A stretch of DNA of 64,000 nucleotides from Burkholderiales bacterium (lineage in GTDB: Bacteria; Pseudomonadota; Gammaproteobacteria; Burkholderiales; SG8-39). Location: positions 26,405-90,404 of the forward strand of contig JAVQZY010000017.1 in the NCBI GenBank assembly GCA_033582675.1. The letters run 5' to 3'. The notes below the pieces were generated by a model, which saw nothing but the letters and a program-made list of their open reading frames with translations, was not told the DNA's origin and did not search any database. Position 1 is the stretch's first letter; each line of letters begins with the position of its first letter. Below, one piece after another: positions 58,253 through 64,000 of this stretch. A program made the translations under genes and the position numbers.

Positions 58253-58779
58253 TGCAGTCTTCGCCCATGTCGAAACCCGCCGTGTTCGCCCTCGCCGTGT
58301 GCGCGGCGCTCGCTCTTGCGCCCGTCGCGCGCGCCGAAGGCAAGATCGGATACGTGAGCACCGAGCGCATCCTGCGCGACTCGGCGCCCGCGATCCGCGC
58401 GCAAAAGAGACTCGACGCCGAGTTCTCGAAGCGCGAGCAGGAGCTGAACCGCCTCGCCGAGCAGCTCAAGCGCCTGCAGGACGACCTGGAAAAGAACGGC
58501 CTCACGATGCCGGAGGCGCAGCGCCGCAGCAAGGAGCGCGAATTCAACGAGCTGAACCGTGACTTCCAGCGCAAGCGCCGCGAGCTTCAGGAGGACGCCA
58601 ACCAGCGCCGCAACGAGGAACTCGCTGCGGTGGTCGAGCAGGCGAACCGGGTGATCCGCCAGATCGCCGAGCAGGAGAAGTTCGACGTCATCCTGCAGGA
58701 CGTCGTCTGGTTCAGTCCCAGGATCGACATCACCGACAAGGTGATCAAGGCCCTGGAGGGCAAGCCGGCCGCGCGATGA
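58252..58779 (+). CDS. skp: Periplasmic chaperone Skp/OmpH (alternative start 58267)
   Basis: Signal peptide, KIGYVS.ERI, coiled coil, IDITDKVIK; lies between bamA and lpxD. Confidence 0.93.
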   Translation: MQSSPMSKPAVFALAVCAALALAPVARAEGKIGYVSTERILRDSAPAIRAQKRLDAEFSKREQELNRLAEQLKRLQDDLEKNGLTMPEAQRRSKEREFNELNRDFQRKRRELQEDANQRRNEELAAVVEQANRVIRQIAEQEKFDVILQDVVWFSPRIDITDKVIKALEGKPAAR

Positions 58780-58780
58780 C

Positions 58781-59767
58781 ATGCCGGGTCCGCTCACGCT
58801 GCAGCAGATCGCCGCGCAGCTTGGCGGACGGATCGCCGGCGACCCGGGCATCCTGATCCGGGGCGTCGCCTCGCTCGCCGCCGCGCGCGAGGGCGACATC
58901 GCGTTCCTCGCCACACCGCGCTACCGGCGCCAGCTCGCGGCGACGCGCGCCTCGGCCGTGATCCTCGGTCCCGAAGCCGAGGCCTGGACCGCCTTGCCGC
59001 GCATCGTCGCGGAGAACCCGTACGCGTATTTCGCGCGGGTGTCGCAGCTGTTCAACGCGCTCACGGTACAGCCGCCCGGCGTGCACCCGGCGGCGACGGT
59101 CGCCGCCGGGGCGCGGCTCGGCGCGCGCGTGTCGATCGGGGCAGGTTGCGTGATCGGCGAGGGCGTCGAAATCGGCGAGGCGAGCACGCTCTATCCGGGC
59201 GTGGTGGTCTATCCCGGCTGCCGCATCGGCGCGCGCGCGATCGTGCACTCGGGCACCGTGATCGGTGCCGACGGCTTCGGCTTCGCCGCCGACGGCGGCC
59301 GCTGGATCAAGATCCCGCAGATCGGGCGCGTCGTGATCGGCGACGACGTCGAAATCGGCGCCGCGTGCAGCATCGACCGCGGGGCGCTCGAGGACACCGT
59401 GATCGAGGACGGCGTCAAGCTCGACAACCAGATCCAGATCGGCCACAACTGTCGCATCGGCGCGCATACCGCGATGGCCGGCTGCGCGGCGGTGGCCGGC
59501 AGCACGCGCATCGGGCGCCACTGCGCGATCGGCGCCGGCGCGCTCATTCTCGGGCATCTGGAGATCTGCGACCATGTGCGCGTGTCGGCGCACACCGTGG
59601 TGTCGCGCTCGATCCGCCGCCCGGGGACCTACACCGGGGTCTATCCGTTCGACGAACACGACGCGTGGGCGCGCAACGCGGCGCTCGCCCGGCACCTGGC
59701 GGCGCTCGCGCGGCGGGTCCGGGAGCTCGAAAAACGCCTGCAGGCGAGGGAGGGCGGCGATGGCTGA
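58781..59767 (+). CDS. lpxD: UDP-3-O-acyl-glucosamine N-acyltransferase
   Basis: NPYAYFA, IGADGFGF, IPQIG.V, IDRGAL, KLDNQIQIGHN. Confidence 0.97.
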   Translation: MPGPLTLQQIAAQLGGRIAGDPGILIRGVASLAAAREGDIAFLATPRYRRQLAATRASAVILGPEAEAWTALPRIVAENPYAYFARVSQLFNALTVQPPGVHPAATVAAGARLGARVSIGAGCVIGEGVEIGEASTLYPGVVVYPGCRIGARAIVHSGTVIGADGFGFAADGGRWIKIPQIGRVVIGDDVEIGAACSIDRGALEDTVIEDGVKLDNQIQIGHNCRIGAHTAMAGCAAVAGSTRIGRHCAIGAGALILGHLEICDHVRVSAHTVVSRSIRRPGTYTGVYPFDEHDAWARNAALARHLAALARRVRELEKRLQAREGGDG

Positions 59768-60212
59768 GATGGACGTGCACGCGGTGCTCGCGCACCTGCC
59801 GCAGCGGTATCCGCTGCTGATGATCGACCGGGTGCTCGACTGCGAGCCCGGGCGGCGCATCCGCGCGCTCAAGAACGTGTCGGTGAACGAGCCGTATTTC
59901 CCCGGGCATTTCCCGCACCGCCCGGTGATGCCCGGCGTGCTCATCCTCGAGGCGATGGCGCAGGCGGCCGGCATCCTCGTCTTTCGTACTCTCGGCACGC
60001 GGCCCGGCACCGACGCGGTCTACTACTACGCCGGCATCGACAACGCGCGCTTCAAGCGGCCGGTGCTGCCCGGAGACCGACTGGAGGTCGAGGTCGAGAT
60101 CCTCGCCTCGAAGCGCGGGGTGTGGAAATTCGCCTGCCGCGCCACCGTCGACGGCGGCACCGCGGCCGAGGCCGAGATCCTGTGCACGGTGCGCCAGACC
60201 GAGCCGGCATGA
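59760..60212 (+). CDS. fabZ: 3-hydroxyacyl-ACP dehydratase
   Basis: LP.RYP.LMIDRV, KNVSVNEP.F.GHFP..PVMPGVLILEAMAQ. Confidence 0.97.
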   Translation: MAEMDVHAVLAHLPQRYPLLMIDRVLDCEPGRRIRALKNVSVNEPYFPGHFPHRPVMPGVLILEAMAQAAGILVFRTLGTRPGTDAVYYYAGIDNARFKRPVLPGDRLEVEVEILASKRGVWKFACRATVDGGTAAEAEILCTVRQTEPA

Positions 60213-60982
60213 TCCATCCGACGGCGATCGTCGCGCCGCAGGCGCGGCTGGCCGCCGACGTGACGGTCGGCCCCTACACGATCATCGGGCCGGGCGTCGA
60301 GATCGGGGCGGGGACCTGGATCGGGCCGCACGTCGTGATCGAGGGTCGCACGCGCATCGGCCGGCGCAACCGCATCCATGCGTTCGCCTCGATCGGCGGA
60401 CCACCGCAGGACAAGAAATACGCCGGCGAGGACACCGCAGTCGAGATCGGCGACGACAACACCATCCGCGAGTACGTCACGATCAACCGCGGCACCGCCT
60501 ACGACGCCGGCGTCACCCGCGTCGGCGACGACAACTGGATCATGGCGTACGTGCATTTCGCGCACGACTGCCAGATCGGCAGCCACACCGTGTTCGCCAA
60601 CGCGTGCGAACTGGCCGGTCACGTGCGCGTCGGCGACTGGGCCGTCCTCGGCGCGACGACGCTCGTACACCAGTTCGTGCGCATCGGCGCGCACAGCTTC
60701 ACCGGCATGGGCACCTACCTCGACCGCGACCTGCCGCCATACGTACGGGCGGCGGGCAACATGGCGCGGCCCTACGGCATCAACTCGGTCGGCCTGCGCC
60801 GTCGCGGTTTCGCGGAAGAGACCATCGCCGCGCTCAAGCGCGCCTACCGCACGCTGTATCGCTCGGGGCTCGCGCTCGCCGACGCGCGGCGCGAGCTCGA
60901 GGCGCAGGCGCGCGAGCACCCCGAGGTGCGCGCCCTCGTAGAATTTCTCGACGCCTCGGTGCGGGGCATCATCCGCGAGTGA
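60209..60982 (+). CDS. lpxA: UDP-N-acetylglucosamine O-acyltransferase
   Basis: IHPTAIV, PQDKKY, IREYVTINRGT, MAYVHFAHDC, GINSVGLRRRG. Confidence 0.97.
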   Translation: MIHPTAIVAPQARLAADVTVGPYTIIGPGVEIGAGTWIGPHVVIEGRTRIGRRNRIHAFASIGGPPQDKKYAGEDTAVEIGDDNTIREYVTINRGTAYDAGVTRVGDDNWIMAYVHFAHDCQIGSHTVFANACELAGHVRVGDWAVLGATTLVHQFVRIGAHSFTGMGTYLDRDLPPYVRAAGNMARPYGINSVGLRRRGFAEETIAALKRAYRTLYRSGLALADARRELEAQAREHPEVRALVEFLDASVRGIIRE

Positions 60983-62136
60983 CGGACGCCGCTGCGGGCA
61001 TCGCCATGGTCGCCGGCGAGGCCTCGGGCGACCTGCTCGCCGCCCACCTGATCGCGGCGCTGCGCGCGCGCCGCACCGGGCTGCGCTTCTACGGCATCGG
61101 CGGTCCGCGCATGGCGGCGCAGGGCTTCGAGGTGCTCGTGCCGATGGAGCGGCTCGGCGTGCGCGGCTACGTCGAGGTGCTGCGCCATTACCCCGGGATC
61201 GCGGCGATGCGGCGCCGGCTCGCGCGCCGCCTGCTCGCCGAGCGGCCGGCGCTCTTCATCGGCGTCGATTCCTCGGACTTCAATCTCGCGCTCGAGCGGC
61301 GCCTAAAGGACGCGGGGATCCCGGCGATCCATTACGTCAGCCCCTCGGTGTGGGCCTGGCGCGGCTGGCGGCTGCGGCGCATCGCACGGTCGGTGACGCA
61401 CTTGCTCGCGCTGTTTCCGTTCGAGCCGCCGTTGTACGAAAAGGCGGGGGTGCCGGTGACCTATGTCGGGCACCCGCTCGCCGACCTGATTCCGTACGAG
61501 CCGGACCGCGCCGCGGCGCGCGCGACGCTACGCCTGCCGCCGGGCCGGCGCATCGTCGCGCTGCTTCCGGGCAGCCGCCGCTCGGAGCTGCGCTACATGG
61601 CCGATCTCTTCGTGCTCGCGGCGCGCCGTCTGCGGCAGGAGGCGCCCGACCTGCACTTCGTCGTGCCGACGGTATCGCGCGCGACGCGCGCGCTGTTCGA
61701 ACAGGCGCTGCGGCGTCGCGGCGACGAGCTGCCGCTCACGCTGCTCTTCGGGCATTCGCACGAAGCGCTCGCCGCCGCCGACGTCGCGCTGGTGGCAAGC
61801 GGCACGGCGACGCTCGAGGCGGCGCTTTTCAAGACCCCGCTCGTGATCACCTATCGCCAGTCGCCGATCACCTGGGCGCTCATGCGGCGCATGCTGTACC
61901 TGCCGTACATCGGGCTGCCGAACATCCTCGCCGGCACGGCCCTCGTGCCGGAATTCGTGCAGGCGCAGGCGACGCCGGGCGCGCTCGCCGAGGCGCTGCT
62001 TGCGCTGCTCGAAGACCCGGCAGCGCGGCAGCGTCAGGTGGAGAAATTCGCCGAGATTCACCGCGTGCTGCGGCAAAACACCGCGCAGAAGGCCGCCGAG
62101 GCCGTGCTCGGCGTGCTGGAGGCGGGGCGTGCCTAG
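60979..62136 (+). CDS. lpxB: Lipid-A-disaccharide synthase
   Basis: [48 protein letters not shown]. Confidence 0.97.
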   Translation: MTDAAAGIAMVAGEASGDLLAAHLIAALRARRTGLRFYGIGGPRMAAQGFEVLVPMERLGVRGYVEVLRHYPGIAAMRRRLARRLLAERPALFIGVDSSDFNLALERRLKDAGIPAIHYVSPSVWAWRGWRLRRIARSVTHLLALFPFEPPLYEKAGVPVTYVGHPLADLIPYEPDRAAARATLRLPPGRRIVALLPGSRRSELRYMADLFVLAARRLRQEAPDLHFVVPTVSRATRALFEQALRRRGDELPLTLLFGHSHEALAAADVALVASGTATLEAALFKTPLVITYRQSPITWALMRRMLYLPYIGLPNILAGTALVPEFVQAQATPGALAEALLALLEDPAARQRQVEKFAEIHRVLRQNTAQKAAEAVLGVLEAGRA

Positions 62137-62728
62137 TGCGCTCGCCTGCGGCATCGACGAGGCAGGTCGTGGCCCGATCGCCGGGCCGGTGGTGGCGGCC
62201 GCGGTGGTGCTCGATCCGGCGCGGCCGATCGAGGGGCTCGCCGACTCGAAGCGGCTCGCGCCGGCAAGGCGCGAACAGCTCGCCGAGGCGATCCGCGCGC
62301 GCGCGCTCGCGTGGGCGGTCGCGCAGGCAACCGTCGAGGAGATCGACCGCTTGAACATCCTCCAGGCGACGCTGCTCGCGATGCGCCGCGCGGCCGAAGC
62401 GCTCGATCCGCGCCCGGCGCGCGCCTGGGTGGACGGCGACCGCAGCCCCGCGCTTCCGTTTCCTGCGACCCCCGTCGTCGGCGGCGACCGCAAGCTCGCC
62501 GAGGTCGCCGCCGCCTCGATTCTCGCCAAGACGTACCGCGACGCGCAGATGCGGCTGCTCCACGAACGCTATCCCGAGTACCGCTTTGACCGGCACAAGG
62601 GCTATCCGACCGCCGAGCACCTGGCGCTCCTTGCCCGCTTCGGTCCGACGCCGGCGCACCGGCGCAGCTTTGCGCCGGTGCGCCGGGTGCTCGCGGCCGG
62701 CGAGGGCGCGCAGGGGAGGCCGCGCTGA
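62129..62728 (+). CDS. rnhB: Ribonuclease HII
   Basis: [39 protein letters not shown]. Confidence 0.97.
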   Translation: MPSALACGIDEAGRGPIAGPVVAAAVVLDPARPIEGLADSKRLAPARREQLAEAIRARALAWAVAQATVEEIDRLNILQATLLAMRRAAEALDPRPARAWVDGDRSPALPFPATPVVGGDRKLAEVAAASILAKTYRDAQMRLLHERYPEYRFDRHKGYPTAEHLALLARFGPTPAHRRSFAPVRRVLAAGEGAQGRPR

Positions 62729-63498
62729 GCGCCGTCATCCGCTCGGCTGCGAATCCGCGCCTGCAGCGCTGGCGGCGTCTGCTCGCCGACGCCCGCGCGC
62801 GCCGGCGCGAGCGCTGCGCGATCCTCGAGGGCCCGCATCTCGTCGAAGCGGCGCTTTCGAGCGGGCGCAACCTGCGCGCGCTCGTCGTCGCCGAGCGCGC
62901 GCTCGAGGACCCGGCGCTCGCGCGCCTTGCCGAGCGAGCTCGGGTCCCGGTCACCATGGTCGCCGATCGTCTGCTGCGCGCGATCGCGCACGCCGAGACG
63001 CCGCAGGGGATTCTCGCTGAGATCGCGTTGCCTGCCGAGACGCCCGACCTGCGCACCGTGCGCAGCTGCGTGTTCCTCGACGCGGTGCAGGACGCGGGCA
63101 ACGTCGGGGCGATCCTGCGCTCGGCGGCTGCCTTCGGCATCGAGGCGGCGGTGCTCGGGCCGGGGTGCGCCGATCCGTGGGCGCCGAAGGTGCTACGCGC
63201 GGCGATGGGCGCGCATTTCGCGCTCGCGCTCTGCACGAACGCCGCGCTCGGTCCGGCGCTCGAGGCCTTCGGCGCGCGCATCGTCTGCGCGCTGCCGCGG
63301 GGCGGGGTTCCGCTGCGCCGCGCGGATCTCGCCGGTCGCCTCGGCTGGCTTTTCGGCGCCGAAGGGCGCGGCGTGGACCCGGCGCTCGCGGCGCGCGCGC
63401 ATCTGCGCGTCACGATCCCGCTGCACGAGGCCGCCGAGTCGCTCAACGTCGCCGCGGCTGCCGCGATCTGCTTCTACGAGGCGGCGAGTCGTCAGTAG
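62725..63498 (+). CDS. TrmH/SpoU family RNA methyltransferase; apparent CTG start
   Basis: [59 protein letters not shown]. Confidence 0.92.
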   Translation: MSAVIRSAANPRLQRWRRLLADARARRRERCAILEGPHLVEAALSSGRNLRALVVAERALEDPALARLAERARVPVTMVADRLLRAIAHAETPQGILAEIALPAETPDLRTVRSCVFLDAVQDAGNVGAILRSAAAFGIEAAVLGPGCADPWAPKVLRAAMGAHFALALCTNAALGPALEAFGARIVCALPRGGVPLRRADLAGRLGWLFGAEGRGVDPALAARAHLRVTIPLHEAAESLNVAAAAAICFYEAASRQ

Positions 63499-64000
63499 AC
63501 CCGTCGCTCGATCGCCAGCTCGCGCAGGATCGTCGCCGCGATCTCCTCGATCGACTTGGTCGTCGAATTCACCCAGCGCACGCCTTCGCGCCGCATGAGC
63601 GCCTCGGCCTGCTCCACCTCGTAGCGGCAGTTGGTCGGATCGGCGTAGGCGCTCTCGGGCCGGCGCTCGCGGCGGATCTCCGCGAGACGCTCCGGGGCGA
63701 TCGTGAGCCCGAAGAGGCGCGCGCGGTATGGCCGCAGCGGCTCGGGCAGCGCCATGCGGCGGAAATCCTCCGGAATCAGCGGATAATTGGCCGCCTTTAC
63801 GCCGAACTGCAGGGCGAGATACAGGCAGGTGGGCGTCTTGCCGCTGCGCGAGACGCCGACCAGGATCACGTCCGCCTCGCGCAGGTCGCGGTGCGAGGCG
63901 CCGTCGTCGTGCGCGAGCGCGAAGTTGACCGCCTCGATGCGCTTCTTGTACTCCTGCCGATCGAGCGCGCTGTGCGAGCGGCCGATGGCGTGGCTCGATT
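63492..64000 (-). CDS. ppsR: PEP synthase regulatory kinase/pyrophosphorylase (partial, 3' part)
   Basis: [47 protein letters not shown]. Confidence 0.94.
   Translation of the reverse strand, partial: SSHAIGRSHSALDRQEYKKRIEAVNFALAHDDGASHRDLREADVILVGVSRSGKTPTCLYLALQFGVKAANYPLIPEDFRRMALPEPLRPYRARLFGLTIAPERLAEIRRERRPESAYADPTNCRYEVEQAEALMRREGVRWVNSTTKSIEEIAATILRELAIERRVY

Overview
This is a very GC-rich (roughly 70%+ by eye) core-chromosome segment of a betaproteobacterium-like organism; the taxonomy is inferred from gene order and protein types. About 14 kb at the left is more accessory: lexA (partial), SRAP, pncB-MFS, a CoA-transferase, eroded rutE and phzF-like genes, a C45 peptidase/small GatC-AtzG-like protein/amidase operon, a PFK, and a ~1150-aa NfnB/GltD-like + NfnA/PyrK-like fusion oxidoreductase. 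The rest is mostly housekeeping: yciO-S2P-trpS-scpAB-rluB, rimP-nusA-infB-rbfA-truB-rpsO-pnp, dksA, tRNA-Pro/Arg/His, queF-dapC-dapD-pilU-dapE-prmB, smc-zipA-ligA-galU-hpt-MTI phosphorylase-def, map-glnD, rpsB-tsf-pyrH-frr-uppS-cdsA-dxr-rseP-bamA-skp-lpxD-fabZ-lpxA-lpxB-rnhB-trmH and ppsR (partial). Many genes, including essential ones, carry small indels that look like sequencing or assembly errors. I found no mobile element, prophage or CRISPR array. The best candidates for something under-described are the single-chain Nfn-like flavo-iron-sulfur enzyme, the C45/GatC-like/amidase module, and a promoter architecture of symmetric bidirectional and leaderless -10 elements, intragenic -10 elements and CTG starts. 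All identifications come from motif recognition; no database searches were run.
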